A stretch of 63,996 nt of DNA, filler included, from Thelocarpon superellum (taxonomy: Eukaryota): the NCBI GenBank assembly GCA_026025795.1. It is 3 parts of 3 records of this genome, joined end to end, with 100 filler letters (N's around TTAATTAATTAA, not from the genome) between each part and the next. Parts side by side here need not be neighbours in the genome. Positions count along the whole stretch, not along the records: positions 45,260 to 63,996 come from JAPEUG010000356.1; 2 more parts are not named here. One strand, given 5' to 3'. This document shows, in pieces, positions 45,858-60,398 of the stretch (positions are counted from its first letter, which is position 1; every line of letters starts with the position of its first letter). The notes under the pieces were generated by a model, which searched no databases, was not told the origin of the DNA, and saw only the letters and a program-made list of their open reading frames with translations. A program made the position numbers and the translations under genes.

Positions 45858-48736
45858 ATGACGTCTTCTCCGATCCAATACACTCCGCCAGCTTCGCCCC
45901 TCTCCCCCACCGCCTCATTCTATGATGTGAGCGACGAGGAGGAAGGCGAATACAACACCATCGCACATACGCCGTCTGGTCGAGGGGTGAAACTTCTCTT
46001 CTCCAAGAGCAAGGTCTACGTTCATCCCACGCCATCGGCCAAGGACAATATCGCCGGCTTCGTTGCCTTAATCCAACAACGAGCGCTGGGCCCCACCGAC
46101 TACGTAGCGAGTCCTTCGTCCGGCAGCAAGTCCTCGGCCGACGCCCTGCTCCTTGCCTGGGTGCCCGAGTCCTCGCTGGGCGATGCCTATAGCACCTACG
46201 TCAAGGTCGATCTGTCAGATGGCAGCAGCCCGCCCAAACAGTCCCATCTCGTGCCGCGACCCCCTGTCATCACTGCCCACAGCAGCGCCGTCGGCTCGTA
46301 TGCCTTTGCCGTGCCGCTGTCACAGGTCTTCTCGCTACTGGTGCGGCCCCCCAGCATCGGATGGTGGTATGGGAGCGTGGTCATCAACACCCGCACCGGC
46401 GACAGCTTCCCGCCCCTCTTCTTCCACGATGATGAATGCCACTCCACCATCCTACAGCGGAAGAAGCACCTGCGAGAAAGCTTTGATCCCTTTGGAGGCC
46501 AGGAGGGAGGCATGTACTGGGGTGGCGATGAGGTCCTCCGTTGGATGCGACGATACATCACCGTCGAACGATCCGCCGCCGAGCCCAGCGTCTACCTGAT
46601 CGAGCCCACGGAGGAGGACCGCCAAGGCTTCGGCCATGTCGAGACGACCAAGGCCGTGCCTGCATCCGGCGCGGGTCCGGCCAGCCCCCCAGCCAAACGA
46701 GATGCCAGCATGGACCCGCTGACGAAGGCGCTAAAGGAAGCGCGATGGAGCTTCTTGGAGAAGCTTAGCCAGGTGACCAACTTCACCCGCCGCACGGCCA
46801 ATGAAGTTTTCGACAACCCGAAGATGCCGCCGCAAGTGCGACGGCTCATGAAGAACCCAGAGGTCCAGACGCTTCAAGATGAGTTCGACAGCGCGCGCAT
46901 CTACCTGGCCCGCTGGGCGCTGGGTGTGGCCGAGCAGAGCGAGCGGGAGCGCAACCGACGCATCTGGACGGCAAAAGACGTCCTCGAGATGGAGGATACC
47001 ACGGTTGGGGCATTTGAGATCCTCGACATGGAAGCGGCGAACTTGTCGGTCCGCGAGCGGCGGAAGCCGGTGACGCTCGCGGAGTGGAAAGGGTACTTTG
47101 ACGCCACCACGGGAACACTCCAGGTGCGTCCGGATGAAGTCAAGGAACGCATTTTTCACGGCGGGCTGGACCCGGAAGACGGCGTCCGGAAGGAGGCCTG
47201 GCTGTTCTTGCTCGGCGTCTACGACTGGGAGAGTTCGACGGAGAGTCGGAAGGCCATCATCGCTGATCGGCGGGACGAGTATATTCGGCTCAAGGGCGCG
47301 TGGTGGGACAAGGTTGCCGAGGGAGGGGGCAATGGCGACGAGGGCGAATGGTGGCGAGAGCAGAAAAGTCGCATCGGTGAGTGGGCATGACGACGATGGA
47401 GGATGACTGAGCTGACGTGTCGCTGCAGAAAAAGATGTGCATCGCACCGATCGGACGGTGCCCCTCTTCGCTGGGGAAGACATTCCCCATCCCGATCCCG
47501 ACTCACCTTTTTCGGACGTGGGGACCAACGTGCATCTGGAGCAGATGAAGGACCTGCTCTTGACCTACAACGAATATAATCGAGATCTGGGATATGTGCA
47601 AGGGATGAGCGACCTGTTGGCACCCATCTACGCCATTATGCAAGACGACGCGGTGGCGTTTTGGGGATTTGTGGGCTTTATGCATCGGATGGTATGTATC
47701 GACAAGTGTGGACGTCGTTGGGAAATGCATCGCTGATCAAGGCAGGAACGCAACTTCCTACGAGACCAATCAGGAATGCGATCTCAACTCCTGACGTTGG
47801 ACCATCTGGTGCAGCTCCTGGACCCGGCGTTGTATCTCCATCTCCAATCGGCCGATTCTACCAACTTCTTCTTCTTCTTCCGTATGTTGTTGGTCTGGTA
47901 CAAACGCGAGTTCGACTACCCGGACGTCCTCCGTCTCTGGGAAGGGCTGTGGACGGACTATCTGAGCAGTCAATTCCACCTGTTCATCGCCCTGGCGATC
48001 CTGGAACGACATCGAACGGTGATAATGGAGCATCTGAAGCATTTCGACGAGGTGTTGAAATACGGTGAGCTTTTCTTTGGTCCGGCGTGAGGCAGGAGGG
48101 TATGTTGACCGTGGTTGAACAGTCAACGAACTCTCCACGACCATCGATCTACAACAAACGCTCATCCGAGCCGAAGCGCTGTTCCGACGCTTCCAGCGCA
48201 CGGTGGAAGCGATTGACAAGAGCCAGAACTTTCCAGCGCCGAGCGTTCGACCGCGTCTGCCTTCGTCGCCGCCTTCCTCCTCGTCTCCGCCTGCGCTTCC
48301 TCCACCAGTGAAGAGGACCACAAGCCAGTCCCCGTCATCGTCATCATCCACCAGAGCAAGTCCTCAGTCTCAGACCCATGCACGCAACGACTCGGCAGGA
48401 GTCAAGAGGCAGGGGAATACGACGACGGCGACGACGGCGACCACGGCACGCACGGGCAACAGTCCACCAGGGAGAGGTAAAGAAGGGAAAAGGGAGAGAG
48501 ATGGAGAAGTGGAGAGAGGCGGCGAAAAAGTCATCAGTCCAGAGCTCCGACAACTCCTGAGTCGCAAGATCCTGGGCGTTTATCCTCGTCCTCTTTCTCC
48601 TGGCCCTGCTCCTGCCCTTGCTACCGCTACTGCTACCGCTACTGCTCGTGCTACTACTCCTTCGCGTCCGTTGCTTTCCCACGCCTCCTCTTCTCGTCGT
48701 CGTCCTCCCTCTTCTTCTCCTCCGTCGAGGAAGTGA
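45858..48736 (+). CDS. GYP7: Rab GTPase-activating protein Gyp7 (TBC domain); 3 introns
   Basis: VKLLFSKSKVYVHPT, FDSARIYLARWA, IFHGGL, RKEAWLFLLG, EKDVHRTDR, GYVQGMSDLLAP, FFFRMLLVWYKREF. Confidence 0.93.
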
Positions 48737-49164
48737 AAGAGGATGAGCACAGTGGAGAGGGAACCGGTCTTGTCCGAAGAGGGAGAGGCGGACATAAGAT
48801 TCTGAACTATAGGGCTTCTTCTTCTCGTGGGTTGGGAAGTAGGCAGGGGGAAGAAAGGAGGTAGTTAGTCAAGAATGGACAAGGACTGACTACATCATGT
48901 GAAATGAGCTCGGTGATTCAAATCACAAGTAGAAGTAGCGGGGGCACGAGCATAAGTGACGCAGATGCAGAAGCAAAGCAGAAGCGGGTGCAAAGGGTAG
49001 TACCAGCATCAGCATCAGCATCAGATATTACCGCACAGCTCTCGTACGCCTATCGCCCATCGCCCAATCCTATTAGATATTTACTCCCCCCTCCCTCCAT
49101 CCATGCTGAGCAAACCCATTCAACCCCACCCCATTTAGCCCCGACAGAAATGGGGAGAAATCCA

Positions 49165-52100
49165 TCAAGCACGGCGGAACACGCGCTTGGTGCCTCCCAC
49201 ACGCCCTAGGCTTCCAAATTCCATTTTTTCTCTGTCTCTCTCCTTTTCTCGCCCGTCCCCTCTTCTCTTTGCGTCCTCCGTTCCGTCGGGCGTGCCTCTC
49301 CCTGTGCTCGCGCTCGCGCTCGCGCTCGTGCCGGCTGTCCGGCCACCTAGGCTTGACTTTCTTCCTGCTCTCCCTCTCTCGCGTTCCTTCAAGCCCTCCC
49401 TCTCTTTGTTGGCAGTGGTGCTGGTGGTCGTTGTCGTCATGAAAGGTGCCATGTCGTTCGCCCCTGTGGACGCACCAACACTTGCACTGGCGCTTCGAAC
49501 TTGCTCCATTAGTCCCGTCATCCACTTCTCTTTCTCCTTTTCCTTTTCCTTTTCCTTTTCCTTCTCCTTGCCGTCTTTTCGTCGGATCTTTCTTAGTGTT
49601 ATCCCGCCCCCACTCCCTCCTACTCCACCCACGCCATTGCTGCCGCCGAGAGGAATGGGCGGGAGGGTAGGCGACGAGTCGTATGCCTCGAGCACGGACG
49701 CAGTGATGGGGGACGAATACGACGGAGCCCGTATCTTGCGCACGTGGAGCTCGGACCCGGGCCGGACCGACTGTGCGGATCCCGGGCGGCTGCTGGACGG
49801 CGTGGCGCGCGCACTGCCCCGCACGGAACTGAAGCCCGTAGATGTCGGCGTGGCAATGTCCAGGATCTCCATGCGGCCGTCCGACACCGAGCGCCGACCG
49901 TGATGGATCGCGTATTCGCGCAGATATTCTCCCAGGTCCGCCCATCCGCCGCCGACGCGCACCATGACTCGCTCGCCGTTGTCGCCAACTTGCCGCACGA
50001 AGAGCTTGAGCGGCGCTTCGGTCCCCGCTGTGCGTCGCAGATGGTAGAGGCGCACTTCGGCGCCGCTGCTGGAGCTTGGCGTTCGCGCTGGTCGTTGCGT
50101 CTTGCCATATGCACGCGCTAGAGTGAACGAGGGCGTGGACGAGCGGGGCAGACGCAGCGATGATGTGGATCGGTCGCGTGGCGCCCGTGCGTAGTTCTTC
50201 CCATTGGTAGCATCGCCCTCCTCCGAGGTGAGCCGGATTTGCGCGGGGATGGTGGTAAGGATCGAGTTGATTCGTTGATCTAGCGGGTCGTCGCTCTTTT
50301 CGGCGTTCGTCGGATGGGCTTGAATTTCGAGATTGGGGCCCGCGGAAGCAGATCCCGGGGGTGATGTGACGACGCGGGACGCCGGAGATGACGGCACATC
50401 AACTGACACTCCACTCATACGTCGATGTGATCGTTGCGGGATTGGCGGTGGTAGCCGGTCTGCGGAATCTCCAAAATAGTCGCTGCTCGGCTGTGACGGT
50501 AACCCACCCATTGGTTCAGTGGACGCGCGTGGAGATGGCAGAAACACGCTCGGGCTACGAGAGGCAATTGACATCTCGCTGAGGGCTGGCGAGGTTGGCG
50601 TCCGGATGTACATGGACTCAGATCGTCGGTTAACGGGGGTGGTGAGGCTGGTGGGGCTACCACCCCCGCGACGACGAACCTCGATGCTCTTGACCTATCC
50701 TCATCAGTACACGGGCACCTCTCACGGCACTCGCCATAGTGACATCTCGACATCGCGATCTACTCACCCCTCCTTTTTGCACCATTTCAATCGACGTGAC
50801 AGATGCTCGTTTCGCCGCCCGGGATGTGACGTCCTCCTTGTCAGGTCCCACCGACCGTGGCGTCTCAGGCTGACTCGGAGGGTTCTCCAGCAGCAAGCTC
50901 CGACTCCTCCATCGCGACTTCAGTGGGAATCTTTCCAGCACCTCATGCTCGCCCAGTCCATCCACGTTGACCGCTCTCTGGCTCAGGCTCGAATTGCGGG
51001 AGACGGACTCCATCGGGGTCATGCTGGGCGTCATGTGGTTCAAGGTCGGCGTCCCCACGGAGCTCGTCGGTCGCGAGGCCACCATGACGGGCTTGTGCAG
51101 CACAAAGGACGCCGTCGACGCGTCCTCCACCTCTGGGCTGGAGCAATCGGAAAAGGCGCTTGACAAGGGAGACTCGGGCGTAGATGGCCGGGATGACGTG
51201 TCCCCAGGAGCATCCACCAGACCATGTTGCTCTGTCCGTCCATTCACCTTGGACTTGGGACTCCCAAACGTGTCTTGCACCGACGACCGGATATTGGGCG
51301 CCGGTCCCAAGGCTTCCGAGATGGATCCGCTCGAGGGCTGGACATTGTACTTGGAGGTCAAGCTTGGGCGGGGTGATGTGCGTTCATTTGATCCCGGTGG
51401 CGTGGTTGTCGCTCCTCCATCAGCACAGGGTGCGTCGGCCTCTCTGGGCGCGATGATTGACTTGAACGCGTGGTAGCGCATATCAATCAACTTTTCCGAC
51501 GCGCCAGACTCGTACAGCTTCTCTCGACCTTCTGCCGTGCCACGAATTGGCGTGCGCGGAGGCCCGTTCGCAGCCTCGGCCAGAGTCGGATTCGGCTCGA
51601 TCGCTGATGCGAAAAAGTCGCCCGCGACTGGGCTCAAGGGACTGTCCGCATCCCACTCGCTCTTGAGCATCGGTGGGTTGTGATGATCCAGATAGCCGGT
51701 GGACTCCAGGGACGCCGTGGTGATGATCGAGATGGTGCGTGATGGTCCCTCTCGGGTTGAAAGGTCGGCGGCATCGGCAATGGTCGAGGTGGGGCTGAAG
51801 CGACTGACCGGCGACGGGAGCCGTTGCGCATCATCCGGACGTGCGGCGGGGGCACCGAGGAGGTCCGTGACGATGGCAGGAGGTCGTGGGGATGACTTCT
51901 TGACCGATTCCGATGCGGTCAATTGTCGAAATTCACATTCCAGCACATAGCCCTCCGCTTCGACCACCCACGACGCATAGCTCTTCTCCAGCGCCTCCAT
52001 CGTCTCGATCCAGCGGTCCGGAATCGTATCCCGCCTGCCTTCCAGAAGATCAAGCATGCTGTCTAGCTGTTGTCCCAAGGACTTGACTTTGGCCTCCAAC

Positions 52101-53114
52101 GTCATACGCAACTCGCCAAACTCCGACCGTGCTATGTGGACCTCGCTTTTCAGGGTGCGCCACGCTTCATCCAAGGCCGTGCGAGCATCTTCCAGCTCGT
52201 CGAGAAAGGCGGGGACCTTACGCAATACGGCAAACCGGAGGGTCCAAGTGTCGAGGAGAGAGGTCAATCGGGCAAGGAAGGGAAGGGTCTGCAACACCGT
52301 GGCCGTCGTGACGGCAGTGAAATCATCAAGATGTGGATGCGGCGAGCTGGCTGAGGGAAAGGGCTCATCCGCGCGTGAGGATGATGGACGTGATCGCGAG
52401 GGAACATGGACGTCTGTGAAGGTCAGCACGATGGCTTTTGTTGGGCGCAGAGGTTGAATAGCACGACTGACCAAGCACGTGCTGCTTCAGCCCCTCAACA
52501 TCCAATCGATCAATGCCTCGTTTGATCGCCTGCAATCGAGCTTCATGCGCTCGCACCACAGGCGCGGTGAGACTGCCCCAGTATTCTTCTTCCACACCTG
52601 GGCTGCGAGGGGTCGAGACCGACGCGTCCGGCTCGGTGGCGCCGCCGCGGCTTTGGCGCTCCGAAAGCTTCCGCCGCTTCCGAGCGCGCTCTTGGTGGGC
52701 AGGCTCGTCAAATCCATTGGGCGCATCAATGGTCGTGCCGGTGGACCAGGCCCAGGAGGATAGCTCGGCGAACCAGGTGTGGGCCTCGTTGGCAGCGACC
52801 GCGGCTTTGCTCCCAAAGGTCCGCTCGGTGAGGGAGGCCTGGGCAATGCTGGCTTCGAGCGGGGACTGGGCTTGGCCGCGGGGCGGGGAGGGAATGGGAG
52901 ACGCGGCGGGTGCAGCGGCCAAGGCTTCGAGCGTGGCCGCGGGCGAGAGCTGGGCGAGCAAGGGATTGAGCTCGCGCGAGGCGATGCGAATGTGGTGCGC
53001 GCGCGACGGAGAACGCGAGGGGGTCCGAGGGGGGTGGAAAGCGTGGGGAAGGAAGCGGGTGGAGGCCATGGCCATGGACATGGAAGGCGGAGTGGTCTGG
53101 AGCAGGTCCGTCAT
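49165..53114 (-). CDS. Large GAS2 (GAR) domain-containing protein, putative cytoskeletal linker; 2 introns
   Basis: C-terminal KLFVRQVGDNGERVMVRVGGGWADLGEYLREY is the GAS2 signature; three long ORFs are joined by GT-AG introns (about 52420-52475 and 50696-50768). Confidence 0.8.
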
Positions 53115-54663
53115 GGTGACGATCGATCGACCTCCGGCCCACGATCACTGTGGATCATGGCGAGAGGAGGCGGGCGGTGATGAGCCAGGTGATCGCGATG
53201 ATCGATGAGACGTCCGTGCTCGGGGAAGCGGTGGACGGCGGGTGGTTGGTGTCGGGTCGCGCAGCCGGGTCGGCGTTGGCCTGGACGTTGGCTCGCAGGT
53301 ATGGTACAAAGCACCAAGGTCCTTCCCGCTACCCGTCGTTCATTCGCCGTACAAGTGCTTCGTACCATCAATGTCGTCGGTCAGATGGCCGTCGCTGCTG
53401 CTGCTGGTCTACCGTTGCAAGCATTCCGGCCCGGGGGTCATCCCGCCGGCTGAAACGGCTAAGCGACAAGATGGGTGATCAGAGACGCTCGGGCATCCCC
53501 GCTCCGTGTTCCCATAAATGCCGCTCCGTTTAGTCGTGCGTGAGTGATGGTGGCTTCAGATCGGTGGTTGGAAGATGCAATTGCACCTTCGAACAACAAA
53601 CAGCGGTCGTACACGTCACGGTGGTGATGAAAGAATGTGACTTGCATCAAGGTATGGACCGGGGCAAACTTGGTTGAGCCAGCGGCCACACCGCCGACCA
53701 GGCCGGCGTGTGATTCGTGGGTGGGCGTACACTGCCTCCTACCCTAGCCCTCTCGTACCTGTCTAAACACGTGGACCGGCCAGGAACCAGCTTTGGCGGC
53801 CTCCTTAGCCCACCATGCACGAATAGCGCTCGCACCACTGCTGGCGTTGCCGACCAAAGGCGCTGGAAGGTATCCACCAGCGCGCGAGCGAATGGTACAC
53901 ATGTTCCAAGCATCAAGTTCCATGAGCTGAGGAAGGCTCGTGGGAGGAAGGCTCGTGGGTTGGCGGAGTCAAGTGTGGGAGCCCAATCGACGAATACCCT
54001 CGCACCAGGGTCGCCCGCACAACCGCCGCATCATACTTGCATGGTGGGTGAGGAAGGTTCACTGGTCCCGCAGGATGATGGAGCTGCACAGACGCGGCTC
54101 GCTGCCAGCGCTCTGCACATCATCCAACTCACCGCCCGCCAGACAGACCAAGTAGGTTATATCGCTACCGCCCGCCGGATTGGTAAGGTTAGCGCCGCCT
54201 ATACCCGGCGTTTGCCCGTTGCTTCACACCGTCCTCGTACCGTGGACTGCGCCGCATCACCGCACAACTCCGCGGCTACTGCCCAACTAATGCAGCATCA
54301 CCGCCATCAGTTATCCCGGCTTATCGCCTGGTCCGCCCCCCACTCCACACGCAGAGGCCGCAAGTCTTAGTCATGGTGGGCGGTGGCCGTTTCAGATGGT
54401 CGGAATCGGGATTTGGTGCGGGCGGTGTCGTCCCGCCGGCGGGCCGACCGACGCCACGCTAAAACGGTCGACAATCATCGCGGCCGGTCGCGAATGGTCA
54501 AGCTTGATCGTGAAGACACTACCTGATCTGACAAGAAGGCTGACAAAGAAGACCATAGCGAATTACATGTCATTGTCCCGACATCCAAAGAGTCCGACAA
54601 TCATCCTATCTGCGCTACTCCACTCAATGCTCATGATACCCCTTACGTGCGGTCGATGTGGAT

Positions 54664-56562
54664 TTAACGACGGCGTCGCGCACTGCTTCCGGTTTCGCTG
54701 GGTAGGGCCACGGATGTCTCGGTATGCGTGGCGTGGGGGAGGCCCGGCGACGAATAATTCAACGCCAGCGGCGCCTTGCCAGTGGCAATGTCAAGACCCA
54801 GGAGCGTCCGGCGGAACATTTCTAGCGAGGCCTCGGCTGTACATCGTCAGCGGGAAGGGCTCATGGAGGGTGGGGAGACGGAGGCACGGCACGTACGTTG
54901 ATAGTAGGGAACCTCATGCCCGGCTTCGTACACGCGCAAGAAGGAGAAGTTTCCATATTGCCGCACTTCACCATATTCCACGTCATCCACGACAAAAGGC
55001 GCGTAGTTTGCCGCCGCAAACTCGTCGGCGTGCGTGTAGTTGACGGCCAGCGAGATGGCCTGTCCACCGAACCAGTTGCAGATGTAGTCGGCATCGCCAT
55101 AATACAAGGCCACGCGCACCCCATGATTGAGGATCGTCTCCAAGTCCTCGAGGAAGGTGGGATAGACAAAGTCGCCCGTCTGTTGGAAGGCGTAGTAGAT
55201 TTCCTGGTTCGAATCGCCCGTGTAGTTCAGGTTCACGCCCAACGCGTCTTGCGTCGACGGCAGATCGAGGAAGGACTCAAAGTACGAGGGCGGCGTGGGG
55301 TCATTCGAACTGTACACAGGTTAGCGGGAGCAGGAGACGTGCAGAGGTTGACTGACGGGTGACGGATGTCATACGTCCCCCGCCCGGAGTAGGCGTAATA
55401 GGGTCCTTCGACGTTGTCGCGGCACATGTTCTCCGCCTCGGCGCAGATGGCTTGCTCCACCGGCGTCGTGAGATTCGTTGAGCGGCAGAAGTCGAGCTGT
55501 TGCAGGCAGCCGTTGTTCATGTTCAGCGCGAACTGCATGTATTCATACACCGTGTCGTTCACCGCCTTGATGCCGTAGGTATTGTTGACAGCGAACTCGG
55601 GATAGTGCGGCACCTGCACGTACTCGTCGATGATGCCATTGCCGATGCCCAGGGTGTTCATCTCCAGCTTCACTCCGCGGGCCGAACCATTGGCGATGGC
55701 CTCATTCTGATCGTAGAAGTAGTTGTAGAAGGCCGGCCCATAATGCCCTCCGTAGCTCTCCGTCCACAGGTTGAAGTCCCGCGACGTCACGTTGGAGTCG
55801 AGGGTCGGCAAGCTTGTGAGAAAGCCTTGCAGCACATGCCATGCCGCCACCGCGGCCAGATCCGTCGTGTCCAAGGCGGTGGCGTTGATGATCGGGTATT
55901 TTCCGTCCACGCCACCGATCGACCCCGCTTGAAAGTCACCCGTGATGTTGTTCAAGGACCCGGGCGCCTCGGTCGAGTACGAGAAACCCGTGCCGAGGGG
56001 TTGCGATAAGAAGAGCAGATTCGACACATTGCTCCACGAGTAGGGGTTGATCTGCGTGGTGAGGTTGGCCGTCACGTTGCACGGGCCAAGTTCTGCGCCC
56101 TGATCAGCATGCATCCCGGTAGGCGACCACCCGCTCCTTTGCTTACCTTGGAACAGGCCAATTAGCGAGTCACTGCCCGGACCACCATTTACTGTGCATG
56201 AGCGTCAGCCATGACAAGCAGGAGAGCTCGGACGGCTAGAGCAACGTACACCACAAGGTCAATGGCGCCGTAGACGGGGATTCCCGTGCCTCGAAAAACC
56301 AGAAGAACGTGTGCACATCGGGAGCTAAGTCGATGTAGCCGGAGTAGGAGTTGACCCCCGGCGTGGTCTCGCAGACGCCCTCCGCTCCCGGATTCTTGTA
56401 GCGAATGGTAGCGTTTCCCGGGGTCGTGATGGTCTTCACCCCTGTGGCATTGGCCGGGAGCTGTCGAGGAGAGAGCTGGCTCAATTTGCCCGCGTCTGCG
56501 CCGGGACCCGCCAGCAGCAACGCCGCCAGCAGGCCGGTCGCTCTAAGGGTTGTGCCCAGCAT
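54664..56562 (-). CDS. Secreted serine carboxypeptidase (family S10); about 4 introns
   Basis: Signal peptide, CETTPGVNSYSGY, FFWFFEAR, NGGPGSDS, TESYGGHYGP (catalytic Ser), GDADYICNW, AGHEVPYYQP. Confidence 0.93.
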
Positions 56563-58355
56563 GATGGCGCTTGATGGAGGCAGACGAGAAGATGGGGGCA
56601 TCATGATCAAGCCCGCCGATATGGGACGCGGTCATCTTTAAGAGCGCGACCATCTCGGTGCCCCCCGCGGCGCCGGACCAACTCCTCCTGCTCCAAGGCC
56701 GAGCTCCCGGAAGTTCCAAGACCAAGATCTCGGCGACGGCGGGTCGACGGATGTGGCGGCGGCAGGGGCAACTGGGGCATCGGAGAGGGCGGGGGGATGA
56801 CGCGGACCAGCGGCCTCGCGCGAGCGGGCGTGCACATCGCGGTCTGGATCCGCGGCTGCCGGGCGGCGCCCCTTTGAGGAGGAGGATGGTGACGTGGAGA
56901 CAAAGCAGGCGGGGCCAGGGTCAGAGGCGAAGGAGGACAGGCACAACTTAGGAAGGTCTCTCTGCGCTCCGGGCGCGGAAGGATTGCCCTCGCTCGGATC
57001 GAGGTGGGCACGGTGACAACGAGCTCGGAGCGAGCGCGCTCGCCAGATTAGCGATGCCGCCGTCGGAGGCTGGTCCATCCGCTCCGATATGTCCGTGTGC
57101 CATCACACCCCGCGGTGGAAGCCCCATCACGGCGGAGGACGAAGCGGTACCACCGGAAGGTGCACAGCGGGCTTGCATCTGCCGTACGGCATTCGCGCGC
57201 AGAGTGACGACGAGGGATGCATAGGGGAGTATGAGTTCTACGGGCTCTAGAAGCCGGCTGCAGGAGAAACGGCGGGATGGCTGCAGATCGTGGTGTTCTG
57301 GCGCGCATCACCGCCAATCGCGCCCTACCGGGCCACGCCGGAGCACATGCTTTCCGAAGGAGTGACGTGACCTAGCTTGCCTTGACGCCACTTCAGTACT
57401 CAACTTGAGTATCACCGGCACGAGCAGAAGGTCTCCAGCTCGTGCATCGCGGCGTTGATGAAATCAGCGCGCTTTAGACATGGCTGACGAGCATGCCCTG
57501 AGCCCATGGCAATGAGACCGAGGTTTATCGTGAACTGGTCCCAGCAGCATCCGTGCGCTGAGAAGCCTTCGGAGCGAGAGACAGGGGCTTTAACAGCCGA
57601 GGGTTGTGTTCTTCCAGGGGGCACGCGCGGTCGCTTGGGCTATGCTTGTTTTCGATCTGTGTAGCCGTGGCGAGGGCGAGATTTGGAGCGCATGGCTCCT
57701 ATTTCAACAATGGCTCGGTCGCCCAAATCTCTCCCTTTCATCTCATCTTGCCGACACGCGGCCACGTCGGATCAAGGCAATTGATGAATGATGAAAAGAC
57801 CGGGACTCGCGATGTCAGTGGCGACCGGGCTCAGGGCGGTTCGCCGACAGCTGAACCCCACGACGGTCGGAGGGACGGCGCCGGAGGCTAAGGGCTCGCA
57901 TCGCTTAGCACGACTTTGCACAGCGTCCTTCTAACTATCATACCCGAACGGACCACATGCCCGAGACCAGGGCCGGTTGTTCGGACCAGATACTGCATCG
58001 CGCCGGTGCAGCAGCAGATCCACATTTGTCAGTGGATACAAAGCATGCCCCAAGCCCGCGAATTGCGTCATCCCCACAGGAGATCTAAAAGGAGAATTCG
58101 CAGGACGGCACGTGAGGGAAGACGAGGCAGGATGGAGGAACGTGACGTCGGCGCGCTCCGGGCTCGCTTCTTGAATGCCATGGATGGCCTGGCCGCAGTG
58201 AACTCGCCTGCCCGTTCCAAGGGAACACCCGCGGTCGCCAAGCCTGCCGGTCGTCGTCCATGCCGCAGGTATCATCCTCACATTACTTACCTAAGCCGAC
58301 GCACCCCACCAAGCTTGGATTCTTGATTCCACATCTGAGCCATCCACCAAACGAG

Positions 58356-59326
58356 ATGGACATGGATAGTCGGGGGAAATGGTAGGCACGTCGCCGCGGA
58401 GTACTGGGTGAAGACTAACCAGAACTCCTCGACAGTGTCCGTCGAGAGGAGTTATCATCCAACTCCCCTTCCAGGGCGTCCTTGTCCGAGGATGATAATC
58501 AGAGTCTCTCCTACGCTCAATTTCGCGAGCAGGTAGCCCCAGCGTCCCTGTTGCCATCCGTATCAGCCGATGCAGCTCCATCCAATGGTCCAGTGGACAT
58601 TGCGGGAGCTTCCGAGCGAGAACTGGATTCTTTTGACTTCCCCTTGTTCGCGGCGCCGACAGGAAGCAGTTGGCAACATGATCCACGCCCAGTCCAGCGG
58701 ATTACGATCCGGTCTCCAACCCCGGATGGACTCACCGGCGGATTTGTAATGCCACGAAGATCCGAGTCATTTTACTTCTCTTTAGCAGACGAGTCGTCCA
58801 TAGGACGGCAGGACATCTTAGACGCGACGGTGACAGGGCAAGAAGTGCTTGAAAGGGCAAGGCGGCCAAACGTGCGTTTTCCCGCCCCCCCAGCTCGCCG
58901 TCAGCAGCTGACGGGCTCTAGCCCGGCTGCGCATTACCCTGGCGTGTCAAGAGCGCAGAACTCGGCCTTGAGCTCGCACAACTTAGCCTTCAGAGCCCTG
59001 ATCGAGTTGGGACAGATGACATACAGGCCATAAGAAAGCGCCCGGGCAAGAAGCGACGGGTTCAAACCAGAAAGCGGAAGAAGGCAAAGGAGGCTAAAGC
59101 AGAGGCGTTGATGAAGACAAAGAAGAAGACTCGAGGAAGCCAGATTCGAGTCCCGGAGTCTGAAGCAACACGAGTCGAGAGAGCTGTGCTTGAGCGTGAA
59201 CGACGGACGAAACGGAACCGGGAGAAGAAGGTGAAGCGGAAGGCAAGGGAGAAGTCGAAGAAAGCTGGAGAACCTCCAACCACTGACGATCACTGTGATC
59301 CAAACCTCAGCGGTGGTGTAGCCTAA
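58356..59326 (+). CDS. Fungal DUF2011-like protein with basic C-terminus; 2 introns
   Basis: Spliced MDMDSRGKCVRREEL...FDFPLF...RRSESFYF...VTGQEVL...PGCALPWRV...KRPGKKRR...RTKRNREKKVKRKAREK; family name from recall. Confidence 0.7.
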
Positions 59327-60398
59327 TCGATTGTCACGCAGCAAGATGTGTTAAATGATCAATTCGAGCCATTGGGATTGATGTATCATTTCTTGTACGC
59401 GACCCATGCCAGAATATCGAATGAACTTCACGTCGCTGCGCCTTCTTACAGAAAGTGAGGGATACGGGTTGGAAGTGCTTGATCACGCGTTCGGAGCGTC
59501 AAAATTGCGTACGTATGTTGGAGGTGGGTGCGGTCGCATCTTGCAGCACTCCAGGTTGACGGACTTCCCCTATCCCGTCGCTTGGCTGGCAAACGGAAAC
59601 AATTCGCCCTGCCCCGTTCACGTGTCCCACATGGCGAGAAGAGCGATGTTGACACAACACAGCTAGGTCCGTAGGCACTTCACGTAGAAGTGAGAAGAAC
59701 GCACCCATGGAACACGTAACGTTGTTGTGGTGAAGGTGTAACACAACTTGAATTGATGCAGACAGTGACCGGTCCAGGAGCTGTGCACCACCCGGCATCG
59801 AAGCCAACCGGGAAAGCGTAGGTAGCAGTGACAGTTGTCCACTCAGGTCCGGTGATGATTTTCTGCACAATCTCCTCTGTCGTGAGTAAGTTGGCTGGTC
59901 GAGATTCGGTCGTATTTTCCTATTCCCACTTGTTGACAACACTTATCCACACTTGCTACCCATCCCAGCATTCCGCTTGGCTGCCTCTCGAGGCAACTCC
60001 AAGTCAGAATCATCCGTCACATCCCAAGCAGGCGCCCTGCTCTGTCATTCATCGCCAAGGTGTCTCTTGTTGTCGTCTGTGTCCCTTGGTAAGCACCTGA
60101 TTGTCATCCTCATGATTAGGGCGAGTCCTCGACCCTGGACGCTGATCCATCTCGGCCTCCAGTGAGATCTCACACCTTTTCCCGCCACGAGCCAGCTCGG
60201 ATAGCAGATGTGCGGCCCACGTCCAGCCCTGCTTGAACGCGGCACCGCCGCTGGCACGTTCCCCAGGACCCTACCTTCGTGTCGTACAGGGTCTTGTCGT
60301 CGGTGATCCTGTCGTCTCGTCCAACCGCCGGATGATCCGGTGGATTCACTTCTCCGCCCTTTCCTCCCATTGAACCCCCTCCTTCCCTAGCGGCGACC